This document shows positions 1 through 8,568 of a stretch of 64,000 nucleotides of DNA, piece by piece. The DNA is from an uncultured Clostridia bacterium (GTDB lineage: Bacteria; Bacillota; Clostridia; Oscillospirales; UBA644). The position numbers and the translations under genes are program-made. Under the pieces are notes generated by a model. It saw only the letters and a list, made by a program, of their open reading frames with translations. It did not search any database and was not told where the DNA came from. Location of the stretch: contig CAMZEM010000001.1 in NCBI GenBank assembly GCA_947305805.1, forward strand, positions 1,172 through 65,171. Direction: 5' to 3'. How positions within the stretch are numbered: the stretch's first letter is position 1; every line of letters starts with the position of its first letter.

Positions 1-62
1 AACATTGAAACGATTGCATACATTACCGCAAGAGCCGATTTTATATATATCGCTTTTTTCAT
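1..62 (-). CDS. N-terminal fragment of a CDS that runs off the left edge (hydrophobic start MKKAIYIKSALAVMYAIVSM)
   Basis: ATG at 60-62 on the minus strand with AGGAAGGG 7 nt upstream. It begins 14 nt after the stop of the FtsX-like gene. Only 20 codons are visible, so no product call. Confidence 0.3.
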   Translation of the reverse strand, partial: MKKAIYIKSALAVMYAIVSM

Positions 63-75
63 TTCACAGCCCTTC

Positions 76-1437
76 CTATTCTTTATTCTTAAGGTTTTCA
101 ACGATATCGAATTTACCGAGAACGGCAAAAGATACTGCAACGGTTATTATCAGCGTAATAATGTTTATTCCCAAAACAAACAGCGGTGTTTCTCTGCCTA
201 CGTATACTGCGTTACCCATGTTTACTCGATAAAAATACAGTCTGTAGGGAAATGCGAAGAAAAAAGCGTCCGCTATAAGCATAAGAATCGTAATTTCCGT
301 TACGGAAAACATTATAAGGTCGGATACGGAAGCTCCGTTAAGTGAGTGTATGGCATAATTTCTCTTGTTGTTTTGTATTTTGTTGTTTACGGACATAATA
401 ATGCCGAATGCGGACAGCACATATGTTAAAATCGCTGCTGTATTATAAAAATCCGACGCCTTTTTCTGGTTCTGAGCAGCCATCGTGAGGGTATCTCCCG
501 ATTCTTTCGCTATATAACACTGAGAGATGAAGTCACTTTTGTTTATTTCCTCGTTCACTTCAGAAACTGCCTGTTGCATTCCGTCTCTTTTTATGTAAAA
601 ATCCGTTGTTCTGAAAAGCGTGAAAAGAGATCCTCCGATATAATCAAGAACATTGTCGTTTATTTCTCCGTTGTTGGCTTCGATTACACCGTCAAGTGTC
701 GGAATATAATAATCGGGAAGAAGGACTTTGCTGTTTGCGGGTATTATCTGAGATCTGTAAAAAAAAGAGGAGTCTTTTTCAAAAATCCCAATAACTCTCC
801 ATGTATACGTCTGTCCGTCTTTATATCCCTCTTCATCGATATATCTGCGTGTTTCACCGTCATAAAACATATCCGCAACAAAAACATCACCTACGGAAAG
901 ACCGTATTTTTCCGCAAACGATGCGCCTATCAGAACAGGCGCAACATATCCTTTTTTTATTTGCTCGGTTCTGTTAAAATCCTCTTTGTCAAACCATTTT
1001 CCCTCCTTGATAACGAGCACGGAGGAACATACTTCATAAAGATCGTAAGAGCAATATCTTGCTTCCTGCACATGATCACCCGGCATGTATATCTGACGCA
1101 CCATTTTGTTTTCCCGTGCGCAGTATTTATTTCGAAGGGTTGTGATTATAGTATCCATCGCTCTTCCTGCGGCGAGTATATCCTCGTCATCATAATTGTA
1201 AAGCGCAGAAATCTGCCTTGTGGGAGACAGACTTGTGAACGGGATCATATCGATTTTGGTATACTCTGTTAACGAAATCTTTTCAGCGTTTTCGCCGGCT
1301 TTTTCGGAAAAAACAGACTGAACCGACACCTCGCCGAAAAGAATAAACAGAATAAGAAAACAAAGGATCAGAAGAAGGGATGATGTGATATTTTTACTTA
1401 TGTTTTTAACAGCTTCAAAAAAATATATTATTTTCAT
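76..1437 (-). CDS. ABC transporter permease, FtsX/MacB type (N-terminal TM, large extracytoplasmic domain, three C-terminal TMs)
   Basis: ORF 76-1596. The C-terminal segment RNYAIHSLNGASVSDLIMFSVTEITILMLIADAFFF has the FtsX-domain pattern. Start moved to the ATG at 1437 (MKIIYFFEAV, followed by the first TM helix). No partner ATPase in the window. Confidence 0.65.
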   Translation of the reverse strand: MKIIYFFEAVKNISKNITSSLLLILCFLILFILFGEVSVQSVFSEKAGENAEKISLTEYTKIDMIPFTSLSPTRQISALYNYDDEDILAAGRAMDTIITTLRNKYCARENKMVRQIYMPGDHVQEARYCSYDLYEVCSSVLVIKEGKWFDKEDFNRTEQIKKGYVAPVLIGASFAEKYGLSVGDVFVADMFYDGETRRYIDEEGYKDGQTYTWRVIGIFEKDSSFFYRSQIIPANSKVLLPDYYIPTLDGVIEANNGEINDNVLDYIGGSLFTLFRTTDFYIKRDGMQQAVSEVNEEINKSDFISQCYIAKESGDTLTMAAQNQKKASDFYNTAAILTYVLSAFGIIMSVNNKIQNNKRNYAIHSLNGASVSDLIMFSVTEITILMLIADAFFFAFPYRLYFYRVNMGNAVYVGRETPLFVLGINIITLIITVAVSFAVLGKFDIVENLKNKE

Positions 1438-1619
1438 AACACTTTCCCGGTTAAAAATATACGCAGGTATTCCTTTTTTTTTGATTATATCATATCCAGA
1501 TAAAATTGTCAAACATTTCAATGACAGTATTAGGTATGATTGCAATAAGCATCGGTCAGGAGCATAAATAGTCTTACTTTCATAAATGCCGTTCACCGGT
1601 TCAGGATATAAAAACGGTT

Positions 1620-2141
1620 TTAGGATTTTTTTGACTGTTTTTTAAGGCATTTTGTTATCTTTCCCACATACATTCTGTGAAAATCGCGGGAAGGATAGCA
1701 TTTCTGCACCGTGTTTTTATCGGTGAAATTCTCTTCGCGCAAGTCGTCCGCATATTTCTTTTCGCAGAAAATAACGAGATCCGCCTCGGCAAAATACGTA
1801 TATCCGTCCTCAAAAACGGGAGTAAGCCCCGTCTTTTCCGCCTTGTCGGTATCTCTGCCCGAATGCGAACCGCAGAAAGCAAGCGCGTCGCGGTATTTTT
1901 CAGAGAAAAACGAAAGCGTGTATTTCCCGTATTTTTCGGTAAAATTATACGTGTATCTCTGCGGACGGACGAAGATGAACGAAACGGGATCGTTCCACAG
2001 CACTCCCGCGCCGCCCCAGCTTGCGGTCATGGTGTTGTAATCTCCCTTTTCGCCCGCCGTAATAAGCATCCAGTCGTCGCCTATAAGCGAAAAAACGTTT
2101 TTTTCGATGTTTTCGGGAAGAATTTCTTTAAATACGGACAT
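1620..2141 (-). CDS. flavin reductase-like / flavoredoxin family FMN-binding protein
   Basis: 173 aa. NTMTASWGGAGVLWNDPVSFIFVRPQRYT is typical of the split-barrel flavin reductase family. ATG preceded by AGGAGG. Confidence 0.7.
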   Translation of the reverse strand: MSVFKEILPENIEKNVFSLIGDDWMLITAGEKGDYNTMTASWGGAGVLWNDPVSFIFVRPQRYTYNFTEKYGKYTLSFFSEKYRDALAFCGSHSGRDTDKAEKTGLTPVFEDGYTYFAEADLVIFCEKKYADDLREENFTDKNTVQKCYPSRDFHRMYVGKITKCLKKQSKKS

Positions 2142-2273
2142 TTCATGCCTCCTAAAATCGGTAATTACACCCGTATTATACTATGTTTCTGCCGAAAAAT
2201 CAACCGCTCTGATAACTGAAATATATCAAAATTCCGAAACTTTGAAAAATTGTTAAAAAATGCGTTTCCGTGC

Positions 2274-2302
2274 TTGACTACCCGTTTTATTTGATGTATA
2301 AT
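2274..2302 (+). promoter_or_regulatory. sigma-A type promoter for fba (TTGACT-17 nt-TATAAT)
   Basis: TTGACT at 2274-2279, 17-nt spacer, TATAAT at 2297-2302, 37 nt upstream of the fba ATG. AAAGGAGA SD follows. Confidence 0.7.
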
Positions 2303-2339
2303 TAATAAAAAGAAATATATTTAAAGGAGATACACATCT

Positions 2340-3368
2340 ATGCCTGTAGCGGATTACAAAACATACTGCAAAATGATGGAAAACGCGTATAACAATCATT
2401 ACGCTCTTCCCGCAATCAACGTATTTTCAATGGAATCGATAAACGGAGTTCTTGCCGGACTTGCCGCGGCAAAAAGCGACGGTATAATCCAGATTTCCAC
2501 GGGAGGCGCGCAGCACGCTTCCGGCGTTACGGTAAAGGATATGGTCCTCGGCGCAATCACTCTTGCCGAACATGCGCGCAGAGTTGCAGAAAAATACAAT
2601 ATTTTCGTAGCTCTTCATACGGACCACTGCCAGGCCGACAAGATTGACACATTCTTAAACCCCCTCATCGAGGAAACCGAGCGCCGCAGAGCAAACGGAC
2701 TGCCCAATCTTTTCAACAGCCATATGTTCGACGGTTCCGCGCTTCCCCACAAGGAAAACGTTAAAATCGCAAAGGAAATTCTCGAACGCTGCGCCAAAAA
2801 CGAGATAGTTCTCGAAGTTGAAGCAGGCGTTGTAGGCGGCGAAGAAGACGGAGTAAACACCGAAGGCGCACCGAGAGAGAAACTTTACACAACTCCCGAA
2901 GACATGCTTCTCGTTTACGAAACGCTCGGTCAGGTAAAAGACGGCTATTTCACGCTTGCCGCAACGTTCGGCAACGTTCACGGCGTTTACAAACCCGGCA
3001 ACGTAAAACTCAACCCGAAGATTCTTAAAATCGGTCAGGACGCCCTCAAGGCAAAATACGGAGACGACGCGCACTATCTTCTCGTCTTCCACGGCGGTTC
3101 GGGCTCTCCGAAAGAGGATATCGAGGAAACGCTTCAGTACGGCGTTATCAAGATGAACGTAGACACCGATACTCAGTATGCATTCTCCCGTCCCGTAGCC
3201 GATCATTTCTTCAAGAATTACGACGGCGTTCTCAAGGTTGACGGCGAAGTAGGCGTAAAGAAAGTTTACGACCCGCGCTCCTACCTCAAAAAAGCGGAAG
3301 CAGGCGTTTCCGCCCGTGTTGTTGAGGCCTGCAACGACCTTCATTCTTCCGGAAAAACGCTTTATTAA
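2340..3368 (+). CDS. fba: fructose-bisphosphate aldolase, class II
   Basis: 342 aa. N-terminus YALPAINVFSMESINGVL, HTDHC and FHGGSGS motifs of class II FBA. Strong promoter, SD and terminator. Confidence 0.9.
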   Translation: MPVADYKTYCKMMENAYNNHYALPAINVFSMESINGVLAGLAAAKSDGIIQISTGGAQHASGVTVKDMVLGAITLAEHARRVAEKYNIFVALHTDHCQADKIDTFLNPLIEETERRRANGLPNLFNSHMFDGSALPHKENVKIAKEILERCAKNEIVLEVEAGVVGGEEDGVNTEGAPREKLYTTPEDMLLVYETLGQVKDGYFTLAATFGNVHGVYKPGNVKLNPKILKIGQDALKAKYGDDAHYLLVFHGGSGSPKEDIEETLQYGVIKMNVDTDTQYAFSRPVADHFFKNYDGVLKVDGEVGVKKVYDPRSYLKKAEAGVSARVVEACNDLHSSGKTLY

Positions 3369-3426
3369 TAACCTGAAAAGAAGAAGCCCGCTTTATCGCG
3401 CGGCATTCTGAAAGACGGATAAAGAA

Positions 3427-3474
3427 ATACCGGCTGAATGAAGGAAACAGGTCTTTGTTTAGCCGGTATTTTTG
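3427..3474 (+). terminator. rho-independent terminator after fba
   Basis: ATACCGGCT (3427-3435) pairs with AGCCGGTAT (3461-3469) around a 25-nt loop, followed by TTTTG. Confidence 0.6.
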
Positions 3475-3501
3475 TCGCATTTATAACCGACGGAGAGATA
3501 T

Positions 3502-5523
3502 ATGGAAGCTTTGACATTTAAAAAAATCGCCGCAGGCGTTTACAAAGCCGCAACGGGCAGTAATACCGAAGGCGTTTTGTCCCTTGTTGGAAACGACGAA
3601 AAACTTGACGGAATAAACGGGTTTTATTCCGATCTTCCAATGCCTTTCGGCGACGTTTTAACCGAAAAAGTGAGGAACAAAACGGTTGTATGCATTCCGC
3701 GAAAGCTTACCGAACGCCATTACGGACCGGGACTGCGTTTTGCGGGACTTGCAACGAACTATTCCGTCCTTCATATGCGCTGCGACCACTACGGCGGACA
3801 GGATAACGGCAGAACGCACGTTCCCACTCCGTTTTACGTTTCCGACGCGGGATACGGCGTTTTTATAGACACGGCGGAATTTATAACGTTTTATATGGGC
3901 GGAACCGTTCGCGCGGACGCGAAAAATCCTCCCGAAGAGCAAAACAGGGGAAGAGGACCGTGGTCTGCCGATACGCCTTCGGAATACGTTGAAGCGTCGT
4001 TTGAAGGCGATGCAAACGTTTACGTTTTTACTGGAAAAACAATGCTTGAAGCCGTTGCGAAATTCAACCTTCTTTGCGGCGGAGGCGCGCTCGTTCCGAA
4101 ATGGGGACTCGGTTTCTGGCACAGAACACATACGCAGTTTGACGAAAAAGACGTTGAAAACGAAATAAAGCTTTTTAAAGAAAGAAATTTCGATATCGAC
4201 GTTATCGGTCTTGAACCGGGCTGGCACTCAAACTCGTATCCGTGCTCCTACGAGTGGGACAGCGAGCGTTTTCCCGATCCTGAAAGGTTTGTTTCGTCGC
4301 TTCTCAAAAAGAATATCCGCGTAAATCTCTGGGAAAATCTCTTCGTTTCGAAAAAATCGGGAATGTATGATGAAATAAAGCCCTACTGCGGCTCCCATAT
4401 GGTCTGGAACGGCATTGCGCCGGATTTCACGCTTGAAAAAACGCGCGAAATTTTCGCGAAAAAGCACAAAAAAGAACATATCGACATCGGCGTTTCGGGC
4501 TACAAGATAGACGAATGCGACGGCTACGATTTCTGGCTGTTCCCCGACCACGCCTCGTTTCCCTCGGGAAGAAGCGCGGCGGCGGTAAGAAATACGCTCG
4601 GTATTCTTGCGCAGAAAAACATTTACAACGTATTCAAAAAAGAAAACAGAAGAACGTACGGACTTGTGCGCGCGTCCGCGGCGGGCAGCGCAATGATGCC
4701 GTTTTGCATTTACAACGACTGCTATTCTTTCGAGCAGTATATGACGGGGCTTGCATCCTCGTCGCTTACGGGCTGTCTGTGGGTGCCTGAAGTCAGAGAC
4801 GCTAACACTGCGGAAGAATGGGTAAGAAGATTTCAGATGTGCGTATTCTCGCCCATGCTTATGCTGGACGCCTGGGCAAACGCCGTAAAACCGTGGAAAT
4901 TCGAAGAAGTTGAAGATATAATCAGAGATACAATCCGCTTCCGCAAATCGCTTCTTCCGTATATCTACAACGCTTTTTATACGTATTCACAAAAAGGAAT
5001 ACCGCCGTTTCGGGCAGTTTGTCTTGATTTTTCGGGCACGGGCAGCCAGAAAACAACCGAGCTTGACCATACCGAAAATCCGTATGAATCACTTCGCCTT
5101 TCCGATATGACCGATCAGTATATCGCGGGCGACAGCATAATGGTGTGCCCGATGCGTCCCGGCGAAAAAAAGAGAAAAATCTCTCTTCCTCCGTGCGACT
5201 GGTACGACTACTACACGGGCGAATACGTAGGAGGCGGCAAAACGGTTGAAATCGAATGCGCGCTTGACAGAATACCGCTTTACGTCAGAGGCGGCGCAAT
5301 GATTCCCACTCTTGAAAACGGCGTTTTAACCGTCCGCTGCTACGGCAACGAGGGCAACGGCTTTCTGTATGACGACGACGGCGAAACGTTTGATTACGAA
5401 AACGGCGCTTTCGAGCTTTTCAAAATGTCCTTTATACGCGAAAACGGCGCCGTTAAGGGAAAAATCGAAAAAACACAGAACGGAAAATTTGAATCGGAAT
5501 ATAAAACGGTAAAATTTATATGA
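3502..5523 (+). CDS. glycoside hydrolase family 31 (alpha-glucosidase/alpha-xylosidase-like)
   Basis: 673 aa. WGLGFWHRTH and GYKIDECDGYDFW resemble the GH31 catalytic-region pattern (compare FKTDFGE in YicI). No signal peptide. Confidence 0.7.
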   Translation: MEALTFKKIAAGVYKAATGSNTEGVLSLVGNDEKLDGINGFYSDLPMPFGDVLTEKVRNKTVVCIPRKLTERHYGPGLRFAGLATNYSVLHMRCDHYGGQDNGRTHVPTPFYVSDAGYGVFIDTAEFITFYMGGTVRADAKNPPEEQNRGRGPWSADTPSEYVEASFEGDANVYVFTGKTMLEAVAKFNLLCGGGALVPKWGLGFWHRTHTQFDEKDVENEIKLFKERNFDIDVIGLEPGWHSNSYPCSYEWDSERFPDPERFVSSLLKKNIRVNLWENLFVSKKSGMYDEIKPYCGSHMVWNGIAPDFTLEKTREIFAKKHKKEHIDIGVSGYKIDECDGYDFWLFPDHASFPSGRSAAAVRNTLGILAQKNIYNVFKKENRRTYGLVRASAAGSAMMPFCIYNDCYSFEQYMTGLASSSLTGCLWVPEVRDANTAEEWVRRFQMCVFSPMLMLDAWANAVKPWKFEEVEDIIRDTIRFRKSLLPYIYNAFYTYSQKGIPPFRAVCLDFSGTGSQKTTELDHTENPYESLRLSDMTDQYIAGDSIMVCPMRPGEKKRKISLPPCDWYDYYTGEYVGGGKTVEIECALDRIPLYVRGGAMIPTLENGVLTVRCYGNEGNGFLYDDDGETFDYENGAFELFKMSFIRENGAVKGKIEKTQNGKFESEYKTVKFI

Positions 5524-6671
5524 CAGAAAAACTATTTTATTCAGACCCGTATATCTCCCGTTTCGAGGCGAACGTTTTATCCTGCGATAAAATAAACGGC
5601 GGCTTTGCCGCGGTTCTCGACAAAACGGCGTTTTTCCCCACGGGCGGCGGTCAGGACTGCGACAGGGGCACGATTGACGGGATTTTCGTTTCGGACGTTT
5701 ACGAAAAAGACGGCGTTATTTTTCATATAACGGAAAAACCGCTTGAAACAGGTAAAACGGTTTTTGGGGAAATCGATTTTGAAAGACGATTTTTATTTAT
5801 GCAAAACCATTCGGGCGAGCATATTCTTTCGGGCACCGTTCACCGCATGCTCGGCTACAGCAACGTCGGTTTTCATATGGGCAGCGATTTTGTAACCGTT
5901 GATTTTGACGGACCGATGACGAAAGAGCAGATACTTGAAGCGGAAGAAAAAACAAACGAAATCATCTGGTCAGATCTTGATATTCTAACGTATTTCCCGT
6001 CCGAAAAAGAGCTTGAAAAAATAGATTACCGTTCAAAAAAAGAGCTTTCGGGCGATATACGCATCGTTGAAATACCGGGCGTTGATTTTTGCGCGTGCTG
6101 CGGCACTCACGTTAAAAAAACGGGAGAGATAGGGCTTGTTAAAATTGTTGAACATATGAATTACAAGGGCGGCGTGCGGCTGTTTATCCTTTCGGGAAAG
6201 CGCGCGCTCGAAGATTACAGAAACAAAAACGCGGAAATTTACAAAATAGGAACATTGCTCTCCAGAAAACCGTCTTATACTGCGGAGGGCGTTGAAAAAC
6301 TGCTTGAAGAAAACTCGCAAAAAAAATACGAATACTCGCTTTTATGGAAAAAATACGTTTCCGCGCTTACGGCAAACATTGAAAATACGGACGGGACTGC
6401 CGTTTTTTGCGAAAACGGCGCGGATAACGATTCACTTCGCATTCTCGCTCTTGAAGCGGCGAAAAAATGCGCCGCCGCAATCGCTTTGTCGGACGATAAA
6501 AACGGCGTTACGCGCTACGTAATCGCGTCCGAAAAAACCGACGTACGCGAAATAAACAAAAAACTGTGCGACGTTTTTGACGGCAGAGGCGGAGGAAAGG
6601 AAGCTCTCTGTCAGGGATCTCTGCACGCAACCGCGGAAAAACTCCGCGAATTTATAAAATCCGTAATGTAA
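5520..6671 (+). CDS. alanyl-tRNA editing protein (AlaX-L type, tRNA-synthetase SAD domain)
   Basis: 383 aa. Zinc motifs HSGEHIL and CCGTHV of the Ala/Thr-tRNA synthetase second additional domain. ATGA overlap with the GH31 stop. Confidence 0.8.
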   Translation: MTEKLFYSDPYISRFEANVLSCDKINGGFAAVLDKTAFFPTGGGQDCDRGTIDGIFVSDVYEKDGVIFHITEKPLETGKTVFGEIDFERRFLFMQNHSGEHILSGTVHRMLGYSNVGFHMGSDFVTVDFDGPMTKEQILEAEEKTNEIIWSDLDILTYFPSEKELEKIDYRSKKELSGDIRIVEIPGVDFCACCGTHVKKTGEIGLVKIVEHMNYKGGVRLFILSGKRALEDYRNKNAEIYKIGTLLSRKPSYTAEGVEKLLEENSQKKYEYSLLWKKYVSALTANIENTDGTAVFCENGADNDSLRILALEAAKKCAAAIALSDDKNGVTRYVIASEKTDVREINKKLCDVFDGRGGGKEALCQGSLHATAEKLREFIKSVM

Positions 6672-6698
6672 CCAAACACACAAAAAAGGAGAGGCAAA

Positions 6699-7466
6699 AT
6701 GGCTGCTCTTATCACTGGCGCAAGTTCGGGCATAGGCAGGGATATAGCCCGCGAGCTTGCAAAAAAGGGAATACCGCTTATTCTCGTTGCGCGCCGCCGC
6801 GAACCGATGGAAGCGCTGAAAAACGAGCTTTCCGTTCCCGTTGAAATTATTACCTGCGATTTATCGAAAAAAGAAAACGTTTATGCTCTTTACGAAAAAG
6901 TAAAGGACAAAAAAGTTGAAATTCTCATTAACAATGCGGGTTTCGGCGTTTTCGGAAAATTCTGCGACACCGAAACGGAACGCGAAACCGAGATGATTTC
7001 CGTAAATATTACCGCGCCGCATATTCTTACGAAGCTTTTTTTGCGCGATATGAAAAAGCGCGATTACGGATATATTTTAAACGTTGCGTCGTCCGCCGCT
7101 TTTCTGCCCGGACCGCTCTTCTCGTCTTACTACGCTTCAAAGGCATACGTTTACAGACTTACCCGAGCGGTAGATTACGAGCTTAAAAAAGAGGGTTCTC
7201 ACGTTTGCGTATCCGTGCTCTGCCCCGGTCCGACTTCAACGGAGTTTGACAGAGTGGCAAACGTTAAATTCAGCATACCCGCGCTTTCGAGCGGTTTTGT
7301 TGCGGAATATGCGGTTAAAAAAATGTTTGAAAGAAAAAAGGTTATCGTTCCGGGAGCCGCAATGAAGGCGGGAAGAATATTGGCAAAGCTTGCCCCCGAA
7401 AACATTCAGATGCTCTTTGCATACAATACACAGCGAAAGAAGTTGGGCGAAGATGAAAGACGATAA
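6699..7466 (+). CDS. short-chain dehydrogenase/reductase (SDR) family oxidoreductase
   Basis: 255 aa. TGASSGIG cofactor motif, NNAG, and YxxxK (YYASKAY). Confidence 0.85.
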   Translation: MAALITGASSGIGRDIARELAKKGIPLILVARRREPMEALKNELSVPVEIITCDLSKKENVYALYEKVKDKKVEILINNAGFGVFGKFCDTETERETEMISVNITAPHILTKLFLRDMKKRDYGYILNVASSAAFLPGPLFSSYYASKAYVYRLTRAVDYELKKEGSHVCVSVLCPGPTSTEFDRVANVKFSIPALSSGFVAEYAVKKMFERKKVIVPGAAMKAGRILAKLAPENIQMLFAYNTQRKKLGEDERR

Positions 7467-8568
7467 CAACAACGGCACTTTAAGCTTAAAACGGCTCTGG
7501 GTTCTCGTTTTGCTGCCGCTCGGCCTTATAATCATCGGCGCGGCAAGGCAAAGCGACGCTTTCTGCAATTTTTACGCCAAAACGGTTTACCCGTTTATGT
7601 CCGGAGCAATTAATTTCCTTTTTTCAATGACGGATATTTCCGTAGCGCAGATAATCATCATCGCTTTTGCGGTTTTTCTTGTTTTTTATACGCTCGTAAC
7701 GGTTCTTTCCGTTATTTTCCGTCCGCAAAAGCTTAAAAAGCTTCTTTCTTATATAATAAATCTCATCTGCATATTCTCAATCGTCTTCTTTCTTTTCAGC
7801 ATTACCTGCGGCATAAACTATTACCGCCCGTCTTTTGCCGAAGAGGAGGGAATACAGGTTGAGGAATACACGTCCGCGGAGCTTGAAGGGCTGTTTAACG
7901 ATCTTATCTCCCGTTTAAACGCCGCAAAAAAGAATTTTGACGGAAATCACCGCACTTTTAAGGAAAACGCTTCTCTTGCGGAAGAATATATAAAAGCGCT
8001 TGCCGAAAAATACCCGTCTTTATCGGGCGATTACGGACCGCCCAAACCCGTTAACTTTCTGGGCTGGATGTCGTATACGAATATTACGGGCTTTTTCTTT
8101 CCGTTTACTTTTGAGGCAAACGTAAACGACACCGCGCCCGCGGTATCAATCCCCGCTACAATGTGCCACGAGCTTGCGCATCTTCGCGGACATATGCGCG
8201 AGGACGAGGCAAACTATATAGCGTATCTTGCATGCGTTGACAGCGAAGATCCCGAATTTGTTTATTCGGGGCTTATGCTCGCTTATTCCCATACCGCTTC
8301 CGCGCTTTATGCCGAAGACCCCGAGGCGTATTCAAGAGCAGTGGCAAAGCTTGACGATGACGTAAAAACCGATCTTACCGCAAAACGCGAATACTGGCAG
8401 AAATACGAGGGCGCCGTTGCCGATATTTCCGATACCGTAAACGACGTTTATCTCAAAGCCAACAACCGAAAAGACGGCGTAAAAAGCTACGGACGCATGG
8501 TGGATCTTCTTCTTGCCGAATACAGGGCGAAAAACACAGAAACAGAGGAGAACACAAATGAAGGTTGA
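7453..8568 (+). CDS. DUF3810-like membrane protein with HExxH-type metallopeptidase motif
   Basis: ORF 7390-8568. Start moved to the ATG at 7453 (MKDDNNNGTLSLKRLW followed by TM helices), overlapping the SDR stop. HELAHLRGHMREDEANY motif. Family name from memory. Confidence 0.6.
   Translation: MKDDNNNGTLSLKRLWVLVLLPLGLIIIGAARQSDAFCNFYAKTVYPFMSGAINFLFSMTDISVAQIIIIAFAVFLVFYTLVTVLSVIFRPQKLKKLLSYIINLICIFSIVFFLFSITCGINYYRPSFAEEEGIQVEEYTSAELEGLFNDLISRLNAAKKNFDGNHRTFKENASLAEEYIKALAEKYPSLSGDYGPPKPVNFLGWMSYTNITGFFFPFTFEANVNDTAPAVSIPATMCHELAHLRGHMREDEANYIAYLACVDSEDPEFVYSGLMLAYSHTASALYAEDPEAYSRAVAKLDDDVKTDLTAKREYWQKYEGAVADISDTVNDVYLKANNRKDGVKSYGRMVDLLLAEYRAKNTETEENTNEG

Noticed and set aside
574-1272. 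232-aa plus-strand ORF, with similar antisense ORFs at 26665-27327, 55523-56234, 57286-57987 and 49451-50236
   Set aside because: All are antisense to genes with strong family signatures, lack SD sequences and have skewed R/F/V-rich composition typical of shadow frames.
1438-1596. N-terminal extensions of several track ORFs (also 7390-7452, 8513-8557, 27676-27684, 42994-43014, 49220-49228, 53547-53606, 54861-54908, 55108-55164)
   Set aside because: In each case a downstream in-frame ATG has a proper SD at 5-10 nt, matches the expected family N-terminus, or removes an overlap with the upstream gene. The longer forms start at poorly supported codons.
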